DNA of 64,000 nucleotides from Candidatus Poribacteria bacterium (GTDB lineage Bacteria; Poribacteria; WGA-4E; WGA-3G): NCBI GenBank assembly GCA_965208635.1, contig OZ242349.1, positions 588,272 to 652,271 of the forward strand, read 5' to 3'. Shown piece by piece: positions 55,159 to 64,000 of this stretch (position 1 is its first letter; each line of letters starts with the position of its first letter). The notes under the pieces were generated by a model. It saw only the letters and a program-made list of their open reading frames with translations, ran no database searches and was not told where the DNA came from. The position numbers and the translations under genes were made by a program.

Positions 55159-55971
55159 TCAACACGTCAATGAGTGATCATGGTAGAGTTTCCGAAGGAT
55201 TGGCAAAGGCTCTTCATCCGCTAAGAGTGTAAGTGCCTCAGCAATGATTGCGTGCTGCAATTCCGGATTGTTGGGTTCTCCAAGTGGATAACCGAATCCA
55301 TAAGGTACTGACAACGCACGTGGAGGTTTCACCCTTTTTGTTATGCTTTCGTCAAGCGTTATGGAGATGGTCGATATTCCCCTCTCTTCAACAGCACGTT
55401 GTATCAATCCGACGGATTGATTGCACACCGGTCACACAGGGGTTAAGAATGCAACATGAACATTATCAGTTTCGAGCATCTGCGCGACTTCAGGTGCGGT
55501 TTTTTCAATGAGTGGCTTCGGTTTTGTAATCGATCCCATGAAACTGAAGTGTCTATGATTCAGTGAACCGATTTTACCTTCGGTTTCTAATTCTCGAAAC
55601 CGATCAAGCGGTAATACCAGATTTATATCACTTTCTGTGCCACTCGAATCGAAAGCCTTACTCCTATGCCCAAGCGCAAGGACTTGTGTCTCAATCGTAT
55701 TTGGTATTTCTCGGTAGGAACAATCGCCACCTATAATCCTATCATTGTAAGGCGTTTGTTCTTGGAGATGTAATCCAGCAGTTGTAATGAGCGCGACACG
55801 GCATCGGTTTAGCTCCTTGTGAAGGGGTGTGTTCGGAGATGTACCCCCATAAGACTTGACGGGGTATGCCTTCATAAAGAACCGGTATAAATTATCCAGA
55901 TTGAATATAGATGCCATTATGAGCCTCGACGTTAGCCGTTCGCGAAGATGAGCCTTTTCCTGTTCTGGCAC
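55159..55971 (-). CDS. PrdB/GrdB-family selenoprotein (D-proline / glycine reductase component B-like), with Sec encoded by in-frame TGA at 55432-55434
   Basis: Track ORFs 55432-55971 and 55159-55428 share one frame. They are separated only by TGA plus one codon, reading ..HVAFLTPV-U-PVCNQSVGLIQRAVEERGISTISI...PLGEPNNPE. This matches the PrdB pattern ..TAG-U-GTCHRSAVIVQRAIEESGIPTI..NAGEPNNPE as I recall it. Other PrdB-like blocks are EIPNT, LPLDRFRELETEG and FMGS. A hairpin (aatcaatcc-gtc-ggattgat) lies 12 nt downstream of the TGA. A possible alternative start is ATG 55914. Confidence 0.7.
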
Positions 55972-56957
55972 GGGAGTTGGACCGTCTGCCCGGTGATGTC
56001 ACTTTCAATCGTCGCAAACCCGATTTCATTGACAGCGGTATAATCATCCCGGGCACAATGGGGAAGCAGACCGCCATCGAGGTAATCCGTAATCTGTTTA
56101 TATGCGACATTGAACGGACCGGCGTTTTCAGGAAGATCGAGGGTAGCGTTATCAATTAACTTGCCCTCTTTATGTACAGTCGTGCCGCTATAAAATCCTG
56201 CCTGCACGCTGCCTTCGCTACCGAGGACATCGACGGAGAACCCACCGCGTGCTCCATGGTTGCCGACATGGAAACCGACAACCCCCGTCTCAAACTGGAT
56301 GGTTGAACCGACAATCGCGGGTTCAGGTTCGTAAGGTTCCGGCACATCTCCACCCCCAGAAACGAATCCAGTGACAGAAATCGGATCATAGCCCGCGAAC
56401 TGGCAGATCATATCTGTCGTGTGGATCGCGAAGGAGAGCACACCGCCACCACAATAACCGATGACGGTTTGCACCTCACCGATGAGTCCGTCCTTGATAA
56501 GCGATTGGAGACGGATGAGGTGTGGTGCCCAGTGCCGCGTGTAGTCCACAACGATAGGGATGCCTTTCGCGTCAGCCCCTGCGGTCATGGTATCGACCTC
56601 TTCGAGGGAACATCCAGCGGGTTTTTCGAGGAAGATGGCTTTGATGTCCGCCTTCAAGACGTTTTGCATCACCTTGAAGTGATGCGGTCCACGCACACAG
56701 ACGGCAACGATGTCCAAATCTTCACTTTCAAGCATCTGCGTATCTGTTTCGTAGTAGTTGATGGAATTGTCTGGGAACGCGGGTCCCCATACCTGTTGAA
56801 ATTCCGTTTGGCGTTCCTCGGACATGTCCGCGACTGCGACCAATTCGGTGGTCTCACAAAAACGGATGCCGCCTGTGTGGCAATAGGGATACGCGTCATC
56901 TGGCGTTGAATAACGGGAGGCGATACTGCCCAATCCGATGATACCGACACGATACAT
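55932..56957 (-). CDS. Gfo/Idh/MocA-family oxidoreductase
   Basis: RVGIIGLGSIA Rossmann motif and LEKP motif (IFLEKPAGCS). Confidence 0.85.
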   Translation of the reverse strand: MYRVGIIGLGSIASRYSTPDDAYPYCHTGGIRFCETTELVAVADMSEERQTEFQQVWGPAFPDNSINYYETDTQMLESEDLDIVAVCVRGPHHFKVMQNVLKADIKAIFLEKPAGCSLEEVDTMTAGADAKGIPIVVDYTRHWAPHLIRLQSLIKDGLIGEVQTVIGYCGGGVLSFAIHTTDMICQFAGYDPISVTGFVSGGGDVPEPYEPEPAIVGSTIQFETGVVGFHVGNHGARGGFSVDVLGSEGSVQAGFYSGTTVHKEGKLIDNATLDLPENAGPFNVAYKQITDYLDGGLLPHCARDDYTAVNEIGFATIESDITGQTVQLPCQNRKRLIFANG

Positions 56958-57117
56958 TGCGAAGTCTCCCTTGGCGTGTTAATTATGGCGAAAGTATATC
57001 AGATGGATTTTGAGATGTAAAGAAAATTTCACACCTCAATTGAATTTCTGGTGTGACTTGTTGTAAAATAGATAGTAGTGAGATTAATACTACACTAAAA
57101 TTCAAACGCAATAGAAA

Positions 57118-60100
57118 ATGATACATCTCATGCGACTTTTCATATCACTCACCCTTATTTCTCTTATTATTGGCACTTCCGTGTTCGCGGATCCGTGGCT
57201 GTGCGGGACACCGCTCCTGCATCAAAAACATATCCATCAACATCCGCCTGAAGCGGTTCCGGCGGCACCCGCTGCGCCTGCTCACATCGGACACGTCGAG
57301 CGATTCTTTATTCACATCCCGGAGACAGAGGTAGTCGCCACCTGTATCGCGAAGAGTGAACATCTCTATGTCTATGTCGACAATTCGGTGCGCGATCTGT
57401 TCACGGATGCCGAAGCCGCTGCCGTGGCAAGAGAATTTGACAACCGCATCTATCCGGACGTTCGAAAGTGGATGGGAACGGAATGGAAACCCGGACTCGA
57501 TAGAGACAACCGTATAACCTTGTTGATGCACGATGTCGGTATGAACAACTCTGGTGCCGACTACGGCGGCTATTTCGCGCCGACCGATCAGATGCCCACA
57601 CTGCCGAATAGCAACCGTCGCGAAATGCTCTATATGGATGTCTTCCAGTTCAGAGAACGGTCTCGACATACTTTTTATAGCAGTCTCGCACATGAATTCG
57701 CACATCTCATCAATTGGTTCCAGAACGGTGGGACCACCGATCAACGATGGTTAGAAGAAGGCACGGCGAGCTTCGTTGAATGGGCAGTTTACGGTACTGT
57801 ACATAACATTTTTGTGGACGGTTATTTGGCGAATCCCAGTGTCTCGCTCGCTTATGCAAACACGAGAGATACCTATTACGGTGGGGCTTTCCTGCTTATG
57901 CTCTATCTCTATGAGCAGTATGGCGGACCGGAATTGATTCGCGGTATTGTCGAAACAGACGCGCTCGGTGAACAAGCGATTGATGCCGCCTTAGCAGGCG
58001 GTGAAAAAAGTGAAAGGTTCTCTGATGTCTTTCTGAATTGGGGGCTTGCGAATTGGGTCAATACACAGGTTCAAAACAAACAGCTCGGTTATTCTGTCCT
58101 ACGTGACCGAAAAGTGAGTGCCGTAGTGCAGCGCGTCCGCAGTTATCCCAACGAGGCGAACAATATTCCCATCAGCCAATGGGGGGCGTATTACGTTGTC
58201 TTTGAGAACCTCCCCGAAACCCTGAATTTATCGGTGATCGGAAGCGGTTCAGGGAATCTTTACGCGACAACCCTTTATCAACCGTCCAATGGACGTCCCG
58301 TTGTTACACCTATTCCATTTAGCACGAAAAATAGAGGGGATCTTCGCCGAGAAGGACTCCTGCGCAACGGTAAGATCGTCCTAATGGTAACCGCAGATGT
58401 CCCACAGACATTTCGTTATGTCGCCGTGGATATGCCCGTTGCCAACAACGTTGGCGCAGCAGATGCTCCACGGCAGCATGCGTCGGACACTATACCTGAC
58501 GCTGTAACCTACGCTCTCGACAATCTCACCCAACGGAGTACTTCGCCCACGAGGCTTACACCGGAAACGCAGCTTGAACCGAGGACACAAATCCATCTTG
58601 CGAGTGATTACACCGATGTTGCGATCGGTGGTCCGAACGCCCCTCATCTTTACGCGGCGAGTGATTGGGGACTTGAAATCTTCACGTTGATAGAACCGAC
58701 ACACCCTGCCCGAATTGGTGAGATTGCCACACCGGGCAGGGCACGGTCTGCCGCCGTTGAGGGAGATACCGCTTACGTCGCTGACGGTGCCGCAGGTGTA
58801 CAGGTCGTTGATATCGCGGATCCGAGCAAACCGAGTATTGTAAAGACGATCGGAGGCTTCACGAATGCACACAGAGTCCGAGTCGCTGATGACCAACTCT
58901 ACGCGCTCGATCGTGAACGTGGAATGCTTGTTTTTAATTTACGGGACGTTCACAACATGCAAATACCCCGACCTCGACGTTTCTTTCGGACTGCAGGCAC
59001 GCCGATCAATGTTGCTATCCACGATGGGATTGTCTATTTCAGTGATGATAAACACGGGCTGATTCTTCTCGATCCAAGCCCATTCGGTGATTTTGTCGTG
59101 CGCGGTATTGTGCCAATTTTATCCAACGCCCACGAGATCGAAGAGACAAGAGGCACAACCCACGCCTATGTCGCCTCAGGCAATCTCACCTTGGTGGATG
59201 TTACCGATGATCAAAACCCCGAAATAGATTTCCGCCTTAACACGCCAGGATTCGCAACAGGTATCCAATTCCGTAATGACACCGTCTACCTTGCAGACAG
59301 GCAAACAGGACTCCATATTATCAACGTGCGTAACCGACAACAGCCACGGCGGATTTCTACACAACCAACATTTGGGAACGCAACCGATATAGTTCTCAGA
59401 GATACACTCGCATATATCGCTGATGGCAGAGGCGGCATCCAAACAATAGACATCAGCGAATCAGAATCGCCGAAGTGGTTACATCGGTATGCCTCTGGGG
59501 GTACAGCTTACGGACTTGACGTTGTTGAAACAGACGCTGGAGAACGGACTGTCTACGTCGCGAACGGTGTAGACGGATTGAAAACTCTCGAATTTACGAC
59601 GCCTTATCAGGGCACTGTGACAAAAAGACTGTCATTGCCTACGAATATCAGCACGGCTAACAACGAGTTTGAGGCGGCAAGTTGCACCAAAATTCGCGTT
59701 CAAAATGGGCACGGTTTTGTTGCGGCTGAGACCGGAATGTACGTTGTCAATCTCGCCACAGATACGATTGCGGCGCATGTTTCGACACCTTCACCCGTTT
59801 CAGATATAGCGTTGCACGAAGGCTATGCCTACCTCTGTGCAGGATCTCTAATTGTCGTTGATACCCGGATCCCTCAGCAAAGCAGAATCATATCCAGACG
59901 CGACATACCGGGGAGTGCTTATCGGGTTGTCGTCGATCCCAATACACCCGCACACGTCTATGTCGCCGCCCTTGAAGGAGGCCTACATGTCTTCGACATC
60001 ACAGGACCGGCAGTCCCGCGTCTCATCGGAAGCCACGCCACACAAGGCAATGCAACAGGTGTTGCGCTCGCCGATGAACGCGCTTACCTGTTAGATAGTG

Positions 60101-60717
60101 GTATCGGTGTCGTGGTACTTGATAGGGCTGAACCCAACAACCTGAAGTTGCAAGACGTATACGAGAACGATGCGCTCCTCATCGACGCGACAGTAAGTGG
60201 CAACCATCTCTATCTACTCGATAGCAACAGCGTTCAAGTTATTGATACACGCACGTTGACAGTCTCGTCTCGGTTTCGTGGACTCCGGTTCCCGTTTGAA
60301 TTGAAATTGGTAGGGAGTACTCTCTATGTCGCGGATCTTTATCAACTTCGTATTTTCCGTGTGCACAGAGAAGGCTACTCGCTCGCTGTGGAAGAACCGA
60401 CGCAATCTGACTGGACACCCAACGTCGTTAACCCTGTATTCGTCAACCATTTAAGCCAAAACTTCCCTAACCCATTTAATCCAGAGACATGGATTCCGTA
60501 TCAACTTGCCTCAGATACGAACGTATCCCTTCATATTTACGATGTTCAAGGGCGGCGTATCTATTCTAAAGTACTTGGTTATCACAAGACAGGTTCACAC
60601 ACTGCTTATTGGGACGGTCGCAACGCTATCGGTGAACCTGTCGCGAGCGGCGTATATTTTTACGCAATTCAAGCTGGCACTTTCCACGCGACCCGGAAAA
60701 TGTTCATTCAAAGGTGA
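57118..60717 (+). CDS. large secreted protein: HExxH metalloprotease-like N-terminal domain + LVIVD-type beta-propeller repeats + T9SS type-A C-terminal domain
   Basis: Signal peptide LFISLTLISLIIGTSVFA. HEFAHLINW (HExxH). Repeated (A/L)Y(V/L)ADGxxG(L/V)xxxD(I/V) blocks characteristic of LVIVD repeats. C-terminal NFPNPFNPETWIPYQL..YWDGRN..GVYFYAIQAG..TRKMFIQR. Confidence 0.8.
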   Translation: MIHLMRLFISLTLISLIIGTSVFADPWLCGTPLLHQKHIHQHPPEAVPAAPAAPAHIGHVERFFIHIPETEVVATCIAKSEHLYVYVDNSVRDLFTDAEAAAVAREFDNRIYPDVRKWMGTEWKPGLDRDNRITLLMHDVGMNNSGADYGGYFAPTDQMPTLPNSNRREMLYMDVFQFRERSRHTFYSSLAHEFAHLINWFQNGGTTDQRWLEEGTASFVEWAVYGTVHNIFVDGYLANPSVSLAYANTRDTYYGGAFLLMLYLYEQYGGPELIRGIVETDALGEQAIDAALAGGEKSERFSDVFLNWGLANWVNTQVQNKQLGYSVLRDRKVSAVVQRVRSYPNEANNIPISQWGAYYVVFENLPETLNLSVIGSGSGNLYATTLYQPSNGRPVVTPIPFSTKNRGDLRREGLLRNGKIVLMVTADVPQTFRYVAVDMPVANNVGAADAPRQHASDTIPDAVTYALDNLTQRSTSPTRLTPETQLEPRTQIHLASDYTDVAIGGPNAPHLYAASDWGLEIFTLIEPTHPARIGEIATPGRARSAAVEGDTAYVADGAAGVQVVDIADPSKPSIVKTIGGFTNAHRVRVADDQLYALDRERGMLVFNLRDVHNMQIPRPRRFFRTAGTPINVAIHDGIVYFSDDKHGLILLDPSPFGDFVVRGIVPILSNAHEIEETRGTTHAYVASGNLTLVDVTDDQNPEIDFRLNTPGFATGIQFRNDTVYLADRQTGLHIINVRNRQQPRRISTQPTFGNATDIVLRDTLAYIADGRGGIQTIDISESESPKWLHRYASGGTAYGLDVVETDAGERTVYVANGVDGLKTLEFTTPYQGTVTKRLSLPTNISTANNEFEAASCTKIRVQNGHGFVAAETGMYVVNLATDTIAAHVSTPSPVSDIALHEGYAYLCAGSLIVVDTRIPQQSRIISRRDIPGSAYRVVVDPNTPAHVYVAALEGGLHVFDITGPAVPRLIGSHATQGNATGVALADERAYLLDSGIGVVVLDRAEPNNLKLQDVYENDALLIDATVSGNHLYLLDSNSVQVIDTRTLTVSSRFRGLRFPFELKLVGSTLYVADLYQLRIFRVHREGYSLAVEEPTQSDWTPNVVNPVFVNHLSQNFPNPFNPETWIPYQLASDTNVSLHIYDVQGRRIYSKVLGYHKTGSHTAYWDGRNAIGEPVASGVYFYAIQAGTFHATRKMFIQR

Positions 60718-60854
60718 ATTTTGGTAAAAAAAACACCTAAAAAGAAAAACTTTGTAACGTTAACGGGCAAAAAAACGTTAAACCCCTTAATCCCATACTA
60801 TCTATTAAGCTCTTGTTGGGTCCTATACTATAGATTTGCAAGGAGAAGCATAAC

Positions 60855-62441
60855 ATGTCCAAGAACAGCGTAACAGGTCGTTTCCGAGATATTGAGATAT
60901 CATTTAGTATTGAGGGGCCTCGTACCTACATGAATCTCCGGAATCTGATTAGCAACGAAAGACACGTACGCGTAATGTATCAGAAATTATCCATGAGTGG
61001 ACTCGCTAATTGGAGGCAGTTTCAGTTAACCAACACACCTGTTTTGCTGCGCCTCCCAGCAGAGGTCCTCGAAGCACATCGACTCACCTTTTTTGTTGAT
61101 AATGCGGATCCTATTTCCGCTCGCATTGAAAAAATATTGGCGGAATTGGACCAACTCAGAGCTACATTGCCACCAGAGGATTTAGTAGAGGATCCCGTGC
61201 CTGTGGCTGATACATCCGCTTTGAGGAACTACAGTAACATAGAAGCACTCACCGATCTCAATCCCGAGACTGCAACAACACAATACGTTGAAAAAGCGAT
61301 CGTTCCGCGTGAGCCGAAACCCGCAGAAGAACAGGTCGAAAAAGTAGTTGTGCCCCAAGAACCTGAGCCAGTAGAAGATGAAACTGTGATCCCAAGCGAT
61401 TCCGAAGTGGATACTGCAGAGCCGGAACAACTGGTCCTCCCTAACAACGAACAGGAATCGACAGAAGAATCCTCGCCTATACGTACCATTCCTAAATCAC
61501 CGGCAGTCAATGTAGATAATAACCTTGAATTCAAAATCACAGTTCCATCCTTGCCAGCAAGTGCGCTTGCCAAGCAACGGAAATCGCAGGCGACAGCGAC
61601 AGGTTCTAATGCTCTCAGATCGACTTCAAAACAGAAAAGGAAAGGAATTTTGGGGCAGTTTGTTCAAGCATTAGGACTTCCTACTGACAAAAAACGTGGT
61701 AAGGCTTACTATCAGACGAAAGGCGAAGCCATTCAAGACGATTTTCAGGATAAACTCTCCAAGTTAGAGAGGGATTACAATGAAGGTTATGGGCTCGACC
61801 TCAATGATTGGGATCCAGAGACGCTCTGTGAAGAGGAAACCGCAGTTTTGTTGCTTAACCTCATGGTGAACGAGGTGATCGCATGGCAGAAAGAGACAAA
61901 GCGTGCTACTCCCGAAACCAAACAACTTGTTGAAACGCTCACCGAAGTTGGCAGGCGACTCAGACAGACGCTCAAGCAGACGCGTGGTATTTCCACACCT
62001 TCACCCACATTGTTTCCTGATCTGCTTGCCGAAAACACCCGCGATTTGGAGAAGATTCAGAGCGAATGTGATGCCTATCTCCACCGTTTCGCGAAAAAGC
62101 TCATCGAGCAGGAAAAGAGACTCGCAGCGAAAATTGAAGTGATCGTTTTCAAGAAGTTCCTTATCGAATTCGTCCGCGATTTTCTTTTTGTTGAGATCGC
62201 CAAATGCACTCGTGGTAACGCGTTACCCAAGCGTCTCACTTGGTTTTTAGATCTCGTTGATTCCGAAGTCATTCCGATTGAAATCGGGAAAACGAAGGTA
62301 TCACCTAACCACCACAAACCCAAAGGTGCCTGCGCCAGTGAATTCGAGTCAGGAACCATCGTTGAGGTTGTCACGCCAGGCTTGCGATCCAAGGATGGAA
62401 AACGGGTCAGTCAAATGACTGTCGTCATTGAAGCGGAGTAA
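60855..62441 (+). CDS. hypothetical protein with Pro/Glu-rich acidic linker
   Basis: 528-aa ORF with a central low-complexity PEP/EEQ-rich region (VPREPKPAEEQVEKVVVPQEPEPVEDE) and no recognised domain. Confidence 0.55.
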   Translation: MSKNSVTGRFRDIEISFSIEGPRTYMNLRNLISNERHVRVMYQKLSMSGLANWRQFQLTNTPVLLRLPAEVLEAHRLTFFVDNADPISARIEKILAELDQLRATLPPEDLVEDPVPVADTSALRNYSNIEALTDLNPETATTQYVEKAIVPREPKPAEEQVEKVVVPQEPEPVEDETVIPSDSEVDTAEPEQLVLPNNEQESTEESSPIRTIPKSPAVNVDNNLEFKITVPSLPASALAKQRKSQATATGSNALRSTSKQKRKGILGQFVQALGLPTDKKRGKAYYQTKGEAIQDDFQDKLSKLERDYNEGYGLDLNDWDPETLCEEETAVLLLNLMVNEVIAWQKETKRATPETKQLVETLTEVGRRLRQTLKQTRGISTPSPTLFPDLLAENTRDLEKIQSECDAYLHRFAKKLIEQEKRLAAKIEVIVFKKFLIEFVRDFLFVEIAKCTRGNALPKRLTWFLDLVDSEVIPIEIGKTKVSPNHHKPKGACASEFESGTIVEVVTPGLRSKDGKRVSQMTVVIEAE

Positions 62442-62445
62442 AGAA

Positions 62446-63459
62446 ATGAAGACCAGTGCGGACGTAATTCAAACAGTTTCACAGATACCACAAGTGGATC
62501 TCGGTCACTTTCCGACCCCGCTTGAAGAATGCCCACGACTCTCTGAGGCACTCAAGGGTCCGCGCATTTTCATCAAACGCGAAGACTGCTCAGGTTTGGC
62601 ATTTGGTGGAAACAAGGTCCGACAACTCACCTTCACAATAGGTGATGCTGTTGCACAAGGTGCCGACACGATTGTACACGGTGCCGCATCGCAATCGAAT
62701 CACTGCAGACAAGCCGCCGCCGCTTGTGGTAAACTCGGACTCAACTGCTACTTACGCCTCGCACGGGACCACAAGAGTATCGTTCAAGGCAATCTTTTGT
62801 TAGATAACTTAGCAGGTGTCGATGTCGAAATTGTCGATGTCCCCTTCGGACCTGAATTAGATGTCGTGAAATACGAACTGGCAGAAGACCTGAAGAAACA
62901 GGGTCTGAAACCTTATGTCGTCGCTTCCCCACGGTCTACCGCACTTGCCGCCGTTGCTTTCACATGGTGCATCGCCGAAATTGCGCAACAACAAGAGCAG
63001 TTAGGGATTGATGCGGATTGGATTTATACCGCTTCCGTCGGTGGCACACAAGCGGGTCTTGTCCTCGGTACGAAAACGCTTGCGCTGAAAATGAAGCCGT
63101 TCGGTATTGCCCCGATTGTTTGGGAGAATAAACTTGAACGGCTCAGTGCCGCCGCAAATAGTGCCGCCGAGTTTTTAGGATTGGACCCCTGTGTTACCGA
63201 AGCAGACATTCAGAATACAGATGACTACATCGGAGAGGCTTACGGCTACCTCACGCCGGAAGGCATTGATGCCCTCAAACTCGTTGCCAGAACGGAGGGT
63301 ATCTTCCTCGACCCCGTCTATACTGCCAAAGCGATGGCGTGCCTCATTGATCACATCCAAAAGGGCAAACTCGGACGCGACGATACCGTCATCTTCCTGC
63401 ATACAGGCGGCACTCCAGCACTCTTTGCGTATCACGAGGAATTAGTCGCCGATCTGTAG
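62446..63459 (+). CDS. PLP-dependent ACC deaminase / D-cysteine desulfhydrase family protein
   Basis: Diagnostic FGGNKVRQLTF (GGNKxRKLE motif) and a tryptophan-synthase-beta-like fold. The start is taken at ATG 62446 (GGAG 9 nt upstream). The track start 62428 is TTG and overlaps the upstream gene. Confidence 0.8.
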   Translation: MKTSADVIQTVSQIPQVDLGHFPTPLEECPRLSEALKGPRIFIKREDCSGLAFGGNKVRQLTFTIGDAVAQGADTIVHGAASQSNHCRQAAAACGKLGLNCYLRLARDHKSIVQGNLLLDNLAGVDVEIVDVPFGPELDVVKYELAEDLKKQGLKPYVVASPRSTALAAVAFTWCIAEIAQQQEQLGIDADWIYTASVGGTQAGLVLGTKTLALKMKPFGIAPIVWENKLERLSAAANSAAEFLGLDPCVTEADIQNTDDYIGEAYGYLTPEGIDALKLVARTEGIFLDPVYTAKAMACLIDHIQKGKLGRDDTVIFLHTGGTPALFAYHEELVADL

Positions 63460-64000
63460 CCTCGATCTCCTTTCACAACCCCGACCTTGTTAGTGTTGCT
63501 GCGCTGCCGTTCTACGCACTGCAGCACCTAAATATATCTCACCTCTACTCTACATTTCCTTGATTCTCCTTTTATAGTAGATTCCGTAATTACTTTTACA
63601 CAGGACTCGGTGTCCCTTCCCAGTAACGGGTGGGGACCCCGGTTGCAAACCGCACCTACCGACGGGTGTGCAGATATTTTCGGGCTTTACTATAACACGC
63701 TATTATTTCACTTATCGTGGTGAAATGGAAGTGAGACCGGCATCTGCGTCGGTGTAAACAGAAATTGTCTTGACAAGATTCGCACTACTTGCTATACTAT
63801 TAGTATAATAAAAAATAAACCATATCCAAGAAGGTAGAGAAAGCGATATGATACCTTTGAGAAATAGGGTAAATTCCTCTACCCATCATTACTTGACAAC
63901 GAAACACCATCTCTTAAAAAAGAATTCCCAAATATGTCCTATATCCACTGCTCCCCCGATAACCACTATAAACCCGGTGAAAACCTAAAGAATTTGTTTG

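Noticed and set aside
1-64000. tRNA/rRNA genes
   Set aside because: I found no T-arm-like GGTTCGAATCC-type sequence or cloverleaf-compatible segment in intergenic DNA. I found no rRNA-like conserved blocks. None were called.

Overview
This is a bacterial chromosomal segment of roughly 50% GC, almost entirely coding and mostly on the minus strand. Four giant surface proteins end in a Bacteroidota-style T9SS type-A C-terminal sorting domain (..NYPNPFNPETWIPYQL..YWDGRN..GVYFYTLTAG..TRKMLI), and eukaryote-like repeat domains are frequent (LRR, cadherin, Kelch, BNR, dockerin, lamin-tail). This points to an uncultivated FCB-group-like or candidate-phylum bacterium, but the taxonomy is inference only.

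Layout by region:
- 1-13 kb: housekeeping genes. These are a truncated aldehyde dehydrogenase, a CtpA-type S41 protease, gatC and gatA, a UvrD/PcrA helicase, uvrA, and an unusual tandem nucleotidyltransferase-fold protein.
- 13.6-24.9 kb: a nine-gene minus-strand operon behind a perfect sigma-54 promoter, with a sigma-54 activator gene next to it. It encodes a small Cys/His/Asp-rich signal-anchored peptide, two Kelch propellers, a degenerate-phosphatase/tetraheme/DsbA-like fusion, two paralogous PqqD-like(RRE)-GT4 glycosyltransferase fusions, a membrane protein with an A24 prepilin-peptidase domain, an ABM-like protein and a GHMP sugar kinase. I consider this the best candidate for an undescribed peptide-glycosylation (RiPP-like) system.
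- 27-39 kb: accessory-looking genes. These are an Ig-like lipoprotein with an in-frame TGA, an FGE-sulfatase/BNR fusion, a PhyH dioxygenase, a PLD, HtrA, an ECF sigma / anti-sigma pair, an O-methyltransferase, a double-length UxaA-like dehydratase, and HicAB.
- 40-61 kb: giant adhesin-like genes, two tandem LRR lipoproteins, and two Gfo/Idh/MocA oxidoreductases flanking a PrdB/GrdB-family selenoprotein gene. That gene has an in-frame TGA with a hairpin immediately downstream.

Two families of short dispersed intergenic repeats occur, and one leaves a 22-nt footprint inside a CDS. I recognised no rRNA, tRNA, CRISPR array or transposase.
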